Shown here: positions 11,121 to 23,566 of the stretch, piece after piece
How the letters are laid out: each line of letters begins with the position of its first letter
Position numbering within the stretch: position 1 is the first letter of the stretch
From: Intoshia linei
Taxonomy: Eukaryota; Animalia; Orthonectida
Length of the DNA: 34,585 nt
Assembly (NCBI GenBank): GCA_001642005.1
Contig: LWCA01000284.1
Span: 1 to 34,585, forward strand
Direction of reading: 5' to 3'
Notes under the pieces: generated by a model
What the model was told of the DNA's origin: nothing
Seen by the model: the letters and a program-made list of their open reading frames with translations, nothing else
Databases searched by the model: none
Translations under genes and position numbers: made by a program

Positions 11121-12694
11121 GGCTCAAATGCAGACACTGAAAAATAGATACAGTTTTCGAAATAAAGATAAATCCAACGGTTTTTTGTTATTTTTTGGTC
11201 TATTAAAATTAATTTTCATGATTATTTCAACTCATTGAAAAAGGTAATAAATATTGCGCTTGTTCATACCATTATTTTTCTACTGTCACCTTTCTATGTA
11301 AAGTAATCACCGAAAATCAATAATTAGCCGCGAAATAAACTTAGATCCAACAAATAAAAAATAAGTTATATACAATTTAATAATGTATTTTTCCTCCTTT
11401 ATTCAGCTAAACTTCAAGACATCTATTCTTCATCGAAGTCACTAAGTTTTGAATATATAGCTACCGGTCATATATTTTTTTTGAAATTTAGGAAAATTAA
11501 ATTAAAATTGATATGAAAATGTGTATTAATTTCTAATTAGTTTTTCCTTAAACGCAGAACGAGTTAACATTTTATGTCAAATTAAATATTATATTAAATG
11601 ACTTTTCACTAAAATACACCATTTTCACGCAAAACATCCTTAATTATTTAAAAACAAAGTTGAAAGAAATTAAAAGATTTTATTATTTACATGTATACCA
11701 TAAAATAATTAAATGAAATAATAATTTGGATAATAAACACATGAGGCATGTTATAAAGTTAATTGGCAGGATAACTAGCTATATTCGTTTAATGTGATTT
11801 CTGCATGACAGAACATTAAATTGAATCAATGAAATTGATATCTAAAATAATATAAAATACTAAATTCTATATATGTAAAAATAATTAGTAATTGAAAAAA
11901 CGATCAAAAATGTAAAATGTAGCAACACTATTAAGTACATTTAATATTAAATCCATCAACTTCTATACATGTTATGTATTCATAATTATTATACTTATAA
12001 AACATAAAACAACACTTCATAAACTACGTATTATACTTTAAATAATATATAAAACCATCTCAAAGATTGTATAACTTTCAACATCAAATTCAAAATTGTC
12101 AATTCAAGTGCATTTAAATGGTCAATCCAAATTGAACAATTTCTGACGACTAACAATAATGTGTTGCAAAGGATGCAATAAATGATATTCCAATTTTACA
12201 TTTATTGAAAATAAAAATGAATACAATCTTGAAATACAATTCTTCAAAGGATAAAATTGATTAAAGAAAATTAAATGGCAGTATGGTTTATTAGAGATAA
12301 CTAACATGCAATATTATTAAATATCCTAAAAGTTAATTTTTAATGTTGGAATAATTATTTATCTCAACATATGACATAACACTAATTTGCAATTTGATTG
12401 ACATACAGCTGCGATTTACAATAAAGAAGTGAAAGTTAAATCAAACTCTTGTGAAAGATTGTTTGATGATTATCACTAGAAATTGATACACACATCCAAT
12501 ATGTGTATATAATTGGTTAGATTTAGAGGCGCAAGTAGAAAAAATAATGTCAATTTAAAATATTAATTTTAATGTTTATAACAATTGTTGAATTATATCA
12601 TTCATATTCACGTTCTTACATGTGAATATATAGTGAATTTAATAGATTTCTACACCACAAATATCAACTTGTTAATACAAATTGCCGTTTAATA

Positions 12695-15600
12695 ATGAAA
12701 CATTCTATTGAATCTATACTCAATTTAAACAAGGAAAATTACAATTTTGAAGATTTTGAAAATTGTAAATTTTCCATTAACAATATTATTCAAAATAAAA
12801 ATTTATTAAAATTTCCATTAACGGAAAAAATTATTAAGAGCAAAAATTTAAAATATGTCTATTCAAACCATCATATTGATTCAAATTGCATAATTTGTGC
12901 ACTTTGTGGATTTGAAAGTTTCAACTTGTATGATCATAAATGTCATTTACTCAATTGCATTATTAATGCTAGAAAAAATTTGTATGGTGGTCATTTAATT
13001 GATTTAAATCAAAATTTAAATGATGCAGGCTTTTATAGATTGAAAGGCATTCAAGGAAATGGAAAATTTTTTCTGCAATCATTGGTTCATTCATTGAATA
13101 AAAATGTTTGTGATGTAGATATGGTTTATTCAAATTATTCTGACGAAAAGATGAATAATTACGAGCAGATTAATAATTATTTACAATTTATTCAACCAAA
13201 TGAAAGCACTTGTAAAATTTATGATAAAAATCAAAATCATATTGGTTTTAATATAAGTAAAAAAAACAAAATTGCTAAGTTTCAAGAAACTACTGTTAAA
13301 AAGAAATTCTCATGTAATCTTTGTATCAAATCATATTCCACGTCAGGATCTCTTAAAGTAATTTTTAAATTTTAATATCTCAAAAACTCTACTAGCGTAG
13401 TCATTTTTTCACTTTTTTAGTCTGAATATTAGATATAAACTAGGTTGACTCTTATGTACTAGATACAAACAGGACCTAGCTCTGCCGAGGGCACATTTTT
13501 TTTATACAATTTGTACTTAAAAAATAAAGTCGTCACTTATTCGGATTGAAATTTTCTGTGTGTGTTAACAGGATACAACTGTACAACCTGTAAATTTTTT
13601 GAAATTCTAGGGCTGTTTTCATTAAAAAAGAAGGGTAATTTGTGGTTTTGGCCCTGAAGATACATTTTTTTTAAATTTAAATTTCTGATAATTTTTATGA
13701 TTTTAAAAAAAAAGGAAAAATGGGGTTTTTGACCGGTAAGATGTGAGATTGGGAGGTTGAAATTTAGTTTGCGAGTAGTAGTTAGAAAAAAGTGAAATGT
13801 GGACTTAATAAAATTTTAAGTCACGTAGTTATTTAATAAAGTTGAAAACACACACACACAAACAAAAATCGCGTAGCATATTATGTAAGTAAGGATGATA
13901 TCTGCCTAAAAATTCCTATGGAATAAAATATATGGTGATGAAATGTAAAATGCGTTTTTATCTAAACTTTTTGACAGGATCATACACATTGTTGAGGTTT
14001 TAATTTGATTTACCTGGTACCGAGGAAAATATGAGTTGCAATGTGATTAATTAAATACTGGGACCATCAAATTTAAACTATTTTTTTATTTACAAATAAA
14101 TTGTAAATTGATTTATTAACACCTTGTAAAATATACACTGTACCTCAAATTACCTATTTTATCTAAATTTACAATTGGTTCTTTGTTAGGAAAATATGTT
14201 TACCCAGTACCGAACTTACCGTACCGAGACCTCTTCTGGGCCTCGACGAAAATTTAGTAAAATGGGAGCCTCATTTTTCTAAATTCAGCAATATTTTTTA
14301 ATATCTTAAATATTATGTGTCATAAATTAAAAAATATAATTCAAGAGCCTTAGAGAGGCGGTTAGGATTATATGTTACTACGTATCGTTGATGAATTTTT
14401 TTTAGAGTCTATTTGTCATTTTCAGTAGAAGATTCAAGCTTGGTAGGTTCGACTCTGCGTTCATTACTGAATCTCGTACCATATACAAATAAATTAGTAA
14501 ATCCCTTTTCAACCAATCAAGATAATGGAAATACGAGAAATAACAATTTAGTTTCATCCCTGTAATGAGGATTATCTGATTCATGTAAAAAAGTGTTTCC
14601 ACACTCAAAAAAATCCCACTGAGGGACCTGACGCAATTTTTAGTTGGGTATCTTAAATTTGGTGGAATTTAGGATATTTTGATAGCCATGGAATTTTCAC
14701 AAATTTAGATCAATTATGAAAACTTTAAAATAAAAAAAACGGATAATTTTGGGGTTTGTCCATGAAAGTGAAAGTTGTTGTGGTTGAGATTTAATAAAAT
14801 AGTAATGATGATAAAATATATGAGGTATGTTTTTTAAAATTTTAAGATTAATTATATTATTTGAGTTTTTGACTTGAATTACTCAATTTCTGAAAATAAA
14901 ATTTGCGATAAAACATGACTCCTGATAAACTGTATTAGAAATAGTGTTTTTTTAATTGGTAACACAAAATAATTCAATTTTATATAACTAAACGATTAGT
15001 ATGGATCGTACCTAATATTAACAAAATCTGTACGAATCGTCAAGCTCAGTAACATCATTAATTCTATAAAATAAACATTATAATCACCTAGACTTACGAC
15101 AATAAAAGCTTTGGATTTGTAATTTATTTGAAAATGAGAGTTTTCAGTAAAAAATAGTCACTTAATTATAGTAATTCTTTTTTGATTAAACTGTTATATC
15201 AACTATAAAAAAATTTGACCGTTTTGTCATTATTTGAAGTAGGGCCTAGCTTAAAAAAGGTTGGGAAATAATGATGTTAATTTTAGATTCTAAAACATAT
15301 TATACGCAAATTATGTTTCTAAAAATATGCTTTGACATTAAAATTATGCTGATATTTTTTATTCTATGCATATGATATTTGATATTTGAAATAAACAGTT
15401 ATATTTATAATATTATTTTATAAAAAATTAAATAGCGCACACAGAGTTCCCATCAGTTTTAGCCGTGAAAATACAAGTTTTTGAGATTCAGATTTACGAT
15501 AATGTTAATTATTTTAAAAACAGACTCATAATGTATATTTTTTAAGATTCTTAGACTTTTTAATTTTTAAAAAATAAAAAGGTAATTTGGGTTTTTTATC

Positions 15601-18600
15601 CTGAAGGGCTCAATTACTGATAATGAAATTTGCGACAAAACCTCTCTCTCGAAAAACTATATTAGAAATTAAATTGAAAATCTGAAGATGCGTTCTTGAT
15701 ATCAATTTTCTGACACTATTGAATATTTTAGGTTTCCAATAGTATAAATACTTTTGTGTTACTTGAGAAATGTATGTTGCATTATTTAAGTTATAAAATT
15801 TATTGAATAAATATATAACTTATACCAGTCATTCTCAACCCCCTCGTGATCCCTTATGAAAAAATAAAAGTTTTTCGGCATCTCCCTATTACGAACAATT
15901 AAGAACTTGTAGTAATTAGTTATTTTCTGGGTATTTTAAAATACAAGAATAAAATCAAATATATTATTCTTTATTATTCGATTATATTAAAGGCTAATTC
16001 CTACTTAACGGAATTTCTCTTTAACGGAAAAAATTCCTGCTTAACTGTGAATTTTTCTAAAATACAAAAATTCCGTTAAATTAAATTAAAATGATTATGA
16101 TCATCATTATACTTAAGCTTTTTCGGTTCAAATTAAAAGCTTTAGATAAGTAAAGAATTTTATTTACTTCTTGATTAATAATGATAATAATGGTTGATTA
16201 TTAATTATATGAAATGAAATGATCTATAAATATAGGGTAAGTGGGATGAAAATGAAATATTTTCATTTTTTCATTGTTTCAATGGAGTGGTTTCCGGTTC
16301 AAATAGGTTATGGACCCCCATTTTAAAATATTTATGTTTTTGGACTACGAGGAAAAAATAATATATAAAACATTGATGAAAAAATTATAGGTTTTTTATC
16401 ATAGGATTTAGTAAAAGCGTGTTTTTCAAAATAATATTTGAAAAAGTGGATTTTTTTATTGAGGATTGGTAAAATTTCATTTTTTATTTTGGCTTTTTGG
16501 ATTAGGAAGTTGTTGGTCATAAGATTTAGTAAAATGTGATTTTTCAAAATAATAATGTATCTGTCGTTTATGCTTTCGGATAATTAATATCTAGAAACTC
16601 TGTAATAAATATTAAAAATTCTCCTATATAAATAAACAAAAGTTGATTACAATTTTTCTATATTTTATTTGAATCTCACGGAGTCCAGGTATATAATTTT
16701 GGACCACAATCGGCAACCACTGTTTTAATGTAAAAATAATTTATAAAAAATTTGGTTAACGAGAAATTTTTTTTGAAAACAGTTATAATTTAATAATTTG
16801 CAATATTAGAGTTATAATGTTCTATTTGACTTTTTAACAAAAATGATGTTTTTGATGAAAAATGTTCTAAATTATATCTTTTACATTTTACCAAAAAAGT
16901 TAAGCTTGAAAACGTATTATTTTATGATATAACGAACATTTACTGGTTAAATTACTAGATCTCGACTTGATAATTCCTTACAAAATTATCAAATTCCTAT
17001 TAAAAATAACCTCACAGATTCTAAAAAGAAAGATATTAAAAGTATGTTAATCAAAATGTACAGTAAGTAAAGAATTTTATAATATATACATATAAATTGA
17101 TAAAAATTAATTTTGATGATAAAAATGTTAAATGTTAACAGTTTCCATATAATAATGTTCTATTTCCAATTTTTTCAAATCAACTAGTTAGACTGATTGT
17201 TGCATTAATGATATTTAAGTTCTGAAAAACACTTATGTTTTTATTTTTATTGTACGAAACTTTTCAATATACTTAAACAATTATTAACAAACTAAATTGT
17301 ATAATTAAATTTCAATCAAAAAAATCCAAATAGAACATTATAACTCTAATACTGCGAATTAATGAAATATAGGTATTTGTAATTAATTGCAAAATTCAAA
17401 GCGATATAAGTCTTAGGCGTTTACAAAATAATACAATTGGTTATGTTAATTAAATGAAAAAATGATATAAATATACATAAATGTATATAAAATTGCTAAT
17501 ATTTAGTATTTTATCATTTATTTTTAATAACTGATACAAATATTTTGGGCAATGAAGCATAAAATCCTTTAATAGTTTCTAGAGGTATCTGGATTTTACG
17601 CCGGTCAATCTTTTAATGTTTTCATACATGCAGACAGACTTACATTCCTAGTTGAATTAGTTTATATATAAAAATGATAGTATACATTTGGTGATACAAC
17701 TCTATCAAAATTATAAAATGTGTGTGATTAAAAATATGTAGAGGTAGATGTAGTAATCATGTAGTAGATACACGATGTACAATTAATAATAGATATACCA
17801 CTTATAGTACATTTAGATGCATATTAGAACTCATACATTGCCTTGTATTTGTAAAATTTGTAATAAAGCATTCTCGAGACCGTGGTTACTACAAGGCCAT
17901 ATGAGAACACATACAGGAGAGAAACCATTTGCATGTACTATATGCGGTAGACCTTTTGCAGATAGAAGCAATTTACGAGGTTTTATTTCATTTAAAATTA
18001 TCCAAATTATATAAAAAATCTATTATATTTGCCAATTTTAAGACACAGTAGTGGAATTGAATAAAATTAATTATTACATAAATAAAATTTTTTAAATTTG
18101 AATATAAGCAAACTTAAATTAAACCTTGACTATACATTTAAATATAATACATATCTTACGGATACAAATCACATAATTTCGGAACCCAATAAAATTCAAG
18201 TATCAACCAAGTAACCAAGTAAATATATGCTTACCATTCAAATGTAAAAAAGTAAGATTATGTGCTTTTAAACGTTAAAAGTTTCCACCCACCCATTAAT
18301 AGTATTAATGTTATGTAGTAGTGTTATTAATTTAATATTGATATGTAATCGGCGATTACCATAAAAATTAAACGTATATTTTAGCACACATCGAAATACA
18401 TAGACCAAGAAAAAGATATATGGTATACATTTTAGTATTAATGTATTACTCTCTAAGGCAGTGATTCTTAATCACCACGGCGCATTTGTTCGCCATGTGT
18501 AGAGTTAAGGTAAGCCGCTAAGAAATTTGACTTTATTTTATAAATTTTTAAAAATTAAAGTCAAACTTTTACATTGACAATTCTTTGATGAAAATTTCGG

Positions 18601-20425
18601 GGTTTACTATTTAATATAATTTATATATTAAATACTATGGTGAAGACTAAAAATATCAAAATTTCATCCAGAGTTACCAGAAAGTGCGATATTCACGCAT
18701 TTCTAATGGTTATGAACGAATTTTACAGGTATACAATCTATACATTTGAATTAGACATTCCATAACTTTCATGATGCAAGTGAATAATTTAATCATGGAA
18801 ACATTTATATTTTGATCAATTAAATTAAATTTTCAGTTTTACGATTTTTATTTATTTTGCGATTTTAACGCTTCATCACCTCAATTTTTTTAATGTTTCT
18901 CAATATTTTATTCAGAAAATGTTATAATTTATCTTAAAATATGACTTTTAATTATTAAAAAATTAGTTTATATTTATGATTGTCATTAAAAATGGATTAT
19001 AGAGCTTTAGAGATAAAATTTTTTAAATTATCGGAATTTTTGGTTCATAAAAATTAGTTAAAAATAAATAATTCAAAATTCCGTTAAAATAGAATTTCCG
19101 CTAACATAAAGTATATCCAAAAATTCACATTAAATTTAAATTACCACAAATATATAAAACAAAATTTTGAATTATTGAAACTAAATTTATGATTAATTTA
19201 TTGCAGTATTTCAGCAAAAAACAACTGTACACATCGAAAACAAAAATTTCAAAATGATCGATTTTAAATAAATAAAATCTGGCAACTCTAAAATTTTTAT
19301 CATTCACAGGGGTGTCAGACTCAATTTGCTTGACTGGTCAAATTTTAAAAAAAATTATTACTCTGGCCGCACAAAAAAATCTTTATTTTAAAAATTATGT
19401 TAAAACTATCAGATTTAATTAATATATAATAATTTTATTTCATAAAATGAAATATAAAACAATAAAAATGGAGTACAGTGTAAGTGTACAAATAATGTTA
19501 AAATTGTAATAATGTGTCATAATAAATAAATCATGAAAAAACTGTAAAATAACAAATATGGGTCAAAAATTGTTATAAAAAATAAAAATTTAAATTATAG
19601 CGCGGGTCGCACATTCCATAATTGGGGACCGCAAATGGCCCGAGGGCCGCATATTTGACACCCCTGAAATGAATAAATTTAAGTCACCAAATAAAAAGTT
19701 TTTTTTGTATTATTATTATTATAATTTTTAATGTTTGCACATTTTTGAATATCGGTGTTTTATTCTCATCAAAATTTAAGGTGTGATCAAATTTTTATTT
19801 ATTTCAAAGCTGTGCCCTGAAGTAAAAAAGGTTAAGAAACATTGCTCTAAGGCAGTGGTTCTCATGGGGGTGAATATTACAATTTTAGATGATTAGGGGT
19901 GAATGATAAATTTTTAACATATTTTATTCAATTTAGTCAAATATGTGAAAAAACCAAAATTTTACCAATCCTTAATCAAATAATCCCATTTTACCAATAT
20001 TTTTACGAAAAATCCAATTTTATCAAACTTTTAGATAAAAAATTCGTCTATCTGATCCCAAAAGAAAAAAGCTCTAAGATGTCGTGCACTTTAAATTTAA
20101 AAATATGGTTTTAATTGTATTTTATTATTTTACTGTTATTAGTAAACTGTGGCTTGCTATTATTAACTGGAAAATTTACTATAATACCCTTGTTTCCGGA
20201 AATAGTGAACTATTTTGTAAACATGCAAAATATTCATGTCAGTGACCTGCGCTACAAATTCCATCCAATCAATGAGTACATTAATAATTACGATTAAATA
20301 TGAGAAAAATTTAAAATTAATGAAATATTTAGTGCAACAAATGCGGCAGAGGATTCACACGACTATCATTACTGTACAAACACAACAAAAAATGTGAAAA
20401 TAATTTAATGAAAGTATACAAATGA
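12695..20425 (+). CDS. snail: Snail-family C2H2 zinc-finger transcription factor, 4 exons, about 318 aa
   Basis: Exons 12695-13357, 17817-17979, 18385-18422, 20333-20425 (GT-AG, 957 nt in frame). Fingers [17 protein letters not shown]|[54 protein letters not shown]|AHIEIH, YM|[27 protein letters not shown] and FTRLSLL indicate Snail/Slug rather than Scratch. Confidence 0.92.
13440..13895 (-). mobile_element. Helitron copy C, short with both ends intact, in snail intron 1
   Basis: Plus strand a|ctaggttgactcttatgtactagatacaaacaggacctagctctgccgagggcac ... (CA)n aacaaaaatcgcgtagcatattatgtaagtaagga|t. Confidence 0.85.
14380..14600 (-). mobile_element. hAT (Buster-like) transposase C-terminal relic
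   Basis: Minus frame [19 protein letters not shown] resembles the hAT dimerization motif LLxxFPxSYLVExGFS. Stops are present. Confidence 0.55.
16285..16722 (-). mobile_element. hAT MITE, inverted relative of 5505-6351, in snail intron 1
   Basis: Ends gagtggtttccggttcaaatag ... aatcggcaaccactg. TSD tttcaatg (16277-16284) / ttttaatg (16723-16730), 7/8. Internal sequence is the reverse complement of the 5505 element. Confidence 0.75.
16795..17360. repeat. Inverted-repeat (MITE/foldback-like) element with ~34-bp arms
   Basis: aatttgcaatattagagttataatgttctatttg (16795-16828) pairs with caaatagaacattataactctaatactgcgaatt (17327-17360), 2 mismatches. Confidence 0.7.
18459..19844. mobile_element. 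Non-autonomous hAT (Buster/Charlie-like) element in snail intron 3, with nested insertions
   Basis: Perfect 8-bp TSD ctctaagg (18451-18458, 19845-19852; central TA as in Buster-type sites). Ends cagtgattcttaatc and reverse complement caatgtttcttaacc. Confidence 0.85.
19307..19666. mobile_element. hAT MITE nested in the 18459-19844 element
   Basis: TIRs caggggtgtca / tgacacccctg (11/11) with subterminal ggccgca/ggcccg motifs. No intact TSD seen. Confidence 0.75.
19853..20075 (+). mobile_element. Truncated hAT element starting directly after the ctctaagg TSD
   Basis: Begins CAGTGGTTCTCA; contains aatcccattttaccaatattttt and aaaatccaattttatcaaa repeats shared with 5505-6351. Confidence 0.55.
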
Positions 20426-20454
20426 TTTGTGATAAATAAACAATTTAAAAAATT

Positions 20455-22296
20455 TCATAAATTTTCCAAATTAACAGATTCAGATTTTAAATTTCTAATA
20501 TCATTTTCTGCATTAATAGAGAAATACTTGACGCAACAGGGTATTCTTTTTTTGAAAACACAGAGCAAAGTAATGACAAAAATAATAATAACGACTAGGG
20601 CAATAATAACCCACATAAAAACCCAAAGTGCAAACCAAAGAACGTTTGGCATTTGAATGCTAGACAAATATGACGGATGGTTAAATTTTTTATGATAAAG
20701 ACATTTCCGGATAATAAAATCTTGCACATTATCAAGCATGGCAATGCAAATATAATAAGAGTATTTGTTTAAATAATTGGTCCAATTATATTGACCCTTA
20801 TGAGAAGAAAAGAGCATAATTTCGTTAAAAACAATATTGAGACTGTAATTGGAAGATAAGTAATTGGATTTAAAAATGGAAATGGCCGAGAGTTTGGAAA
20901 TTGTATTTTCATCGAATGAAGTATCCATTTTAATTTGGTAAATTGTTAACTGATAATTTGAATATTCAGGTATAATTTGGGATTTTTTTAACCATCGGAC
21001 ATTCCAAGAAATTTGAAGATTTTCAGGTATGGCTGTATATTGTTTGACAGGCCAGAATTGTGCGATAATGTGCAATAAAAGTGGAATTTGGTTGTGATTA
21101 CAATAATTTATAAGAAATTGAGAATCCATTGAATTTATGGTATTTTCATCATCCATTATTTCAGATTCATTGAAACTACACGTATTTATATTAACATAAA
21201 TCCATTCTTTTAAAGTTAAAGTTCGACACGATGGGACTGTTGGGCTAAGCTGCGACTGAGGATAAATTCGGTTACTGTTTGAAATAAGAGCACAACAAGT
21301 AGTCTTTTTTGAAAACTCAATTTTGACGTTTTGCGTATATTTTGCGCTGTTCCAATACATCCAAACATTGGAACAATGACAATCAAGGTGGTTTAAATTT
21401 AATAAAACCAAGTGGGTCAATTTTTTTAAATTGAATAGGTTACACTCGTAAAATGTTCGAATGTGGGTATATTCCAAATTAAGATATTTTAAGTTTGACT
21501 TTGATCCAAATAAATCGGACGCCATGTCCAAATTTCCAATAGGATTAAAAGACAAATCAAGAACTTCAAGATTAATCATAGTCTTGAATAGGTTTGGAGC
21601 TAATTGGACAATTCTATTGTGTGAAAAGTTTAGATGAGTAAATTCACTACTCCCAAAATCTTGTTTCAACAGAGTCGATAATCGATTAAAAGAAAGATTC
21701 AATTTGCGTAGGTTTAAATTGGAACTATTCAGCATGTTCAACACACTTTCAATATTGTTTATAGATAAATCTAACGACGTAACATTGAATAAAAAGTTTA
21801 AATTTTCTTTAAAAAATTGATCATTTAAACTACAATTTATAAACCGTATAATTTCAACATTCCTACTGTCTGCCAAATAAAATTTACCAATCTTTAACCA
21901 TTCTGTTGCATAATGATTATTGTTATATCGAACTGCATTCAACTCATTCAAATAATCATCAATACCTTTTAAATTTTCAAATACAATTTCATTAATGTTT
22001 TTAAACACAACTTGACTTGAGGCTTGTTGTATCGTTGAATTTATTTCCAAATTTTTCACTGTAAACAACATTTCATTGAATGGCAATTGCAATTTCAATA
22101 TTTTTACATTATTACGTTTCATATCTATTGTAATGAGATCCGTTTCATTTATTCCCAAAATTTTAAAATTTTCATCAATTTCTTTATTCATCCATATGCC
22201 CCTATTTTCATAAGAAATAATTAAACAATCAGTTCCACATTCCAATGCATCAATTTTAAAGTATAAAAAATATAAATACAATATAAATACCAACAT
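20455..22296 (-). CDS. Single-exon type I membrane leucine-rich-repeat protein (signal peptide, LRRs, LRRCT, FN3-like region, TM, short tail), 613 aa
   Basis: Hydrophobic N-terminus; LRRs VTSLDLSINNI, LRKLNLSFNRL, FTHLNFSHNRI, LEVLDLSFNPI, LKYLNLEYTHI; LRRCT-like NHLDCHCSNVW; FN3-like LQISW...YYICI; TM VLWFALWVFMWVIIALVVIIIFVITLLCVF followed by KKR. Confidence 0.88.
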   Translation of the reverse strand: MLVFILYLYFLYFKIDALECGTDCLIISYENRGIWMNKEIDENFKILGINETDLITIDMKRNNVKILKLQLPFNEMLFTVKNLEINSTIQQASSQVVFKNINEIVFENLKGIDDYLNELNAVRYNNNHYATEWLKIGKFYLADSRNVEIIRFINCSLNDQFFKENLNFLFNVTSLDLSINNIESVLNMLNSSNLNLRKLNLSFNRLSTLLKQDFGSSEFTHLNFSHNRIVQLAPNLFKTMINLEVLDLSFNPIGNLDMASDLFGSKSNLKYLNLEYTHIRTFYECNLFNLKKLTHLVLLNLNHLDCHCSNVWMYWNSAKYTQNVKIEFSKKTTCCALISNSNRIYPQSQLSPTVPSCRTLTLKEWIYVNINTCSFNESEIMDDENTINSMDSQFLINYCNHNQIPLLLHIIAQFWPVKQYTAIPENLQISWNVRWLKKSQIIPEYSNYQLTIYQIKMDTSFDENTISKLSAISIFKSNYLSSNYSLNIVFNEIMLFSSHKGQYNWTNYLNKYSYYICIAMLDNVQDFIIRKCLYHKKFNHPSYLSSIQMPNVLWFALWVFMWVIIALVVIIIFVITLLCVFKKRIPCCVKYFSINAENDIRNLKSESVNLENL

Positions 22297-23566
22297 TAGT
22301 TCATGCTTAATTTAAATATAAGCATTGAAATACTTTTAATCATTAAATCATTAATGTCCATTTAGTTAATATAAAATGAATATGTACAATCTTGGATAAA
22401 ATTCGATAATTCAATGCAATTAAATGTTAAGGAAACAATTTCGTTCAATTTCACAATTGTATTTATTACACTGCTGCTATTTTATAATAATAAACCACAA
22501 TTATTTAATATTCAGATACACATATGTACAAAATTATACACGCGTATCGTTTAAATTTAAATTTTGTTTACATTTCTATTTAAATTTGTAAATAATCATA
22601 TAAATCACAAATAATGATTATAAATTCACGTATTGATTGTATATTGTATGTATTCGTATTGTATTTTGTTCCATATTTAAAGTGGTGTGCGTGACAATTT
22701 CACGCAATATTTTTGATGAACTACATTATTTGGCATAAATTATCATCTAAATTATGATGGGTTGACAAACATTAAACAAATTCAGTCATTAGATCAATTA
22801 GAATATTTCCAAGAAAATTCTTTGGAAATGTTGTGTAAAGACGAACGAAAAATTTTGAATCTTGACTGAACTATTTAATTTACAACCAGTGCACTGCAAT
22901 GGTGGCTCGTAGACAAAATAATTTGAGGGCTACAGGAAAAAAATTTTTGTGTTAGACCCCAATTCCCAATCACAGGCCATTTAAAAAAAATGACCGATAC
23001 GTCTAATGTATCAACAATGCTGATGCCAGCCCTATAAATAGATCATATTGTTCGTTTGAATGAGCTCGTCAACCTGATATGAATATTATTTTTCAATATC
23101 ATCAATACTGTTGATTTTTGATAGCTATTAAACTTTAACTTTGCAACTTTTAACTTAAAGTTGCAAAAATGCCCAAAATAGGGGGTTTTCAAATTTATCT
23201 GAAACACAATTAAAAACGCCGAGTATATATTACATGCGGTACAATTCTTAGCGAATATATTATTTAATGTCATATCATGTTTTGTATAATCAAAAATATC
23301 AAATAATATTAAGCGACCTAATTAAATTAGTACACAATATTTACATGCAATAAAATCAAGTAAAATGTTTATTATGCAATATATTAAAATGTCTATATGA
23401 TTGAATTGATTATTATGAATAAACACATTAGTCAAATTTTTCTTAGAATTAGTAATTAAAACCTTTTTGAGATGCAAATAAAATAAGACTGATTATGAAA
23501 AACTAACATTATTATTATTTAAATTACATGCTATGTTTTTCAATTTTTTATATCCTTAGTTAGGAT

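Noticed and set aside
11120-12330. Coding-looking stretches, including ORF 12122-12307
   Set aside because: Multiple stops and no identifiable family.
20429-20656. Short track ORFs such as 20429-20656, 8525-8764, 952-1212, 5651-5917, 16332-16547, 23897-24121 and 34242-34454
   Set aside because: They are antisense shadows of real genes or chance ORFs in AT-rich repeats.
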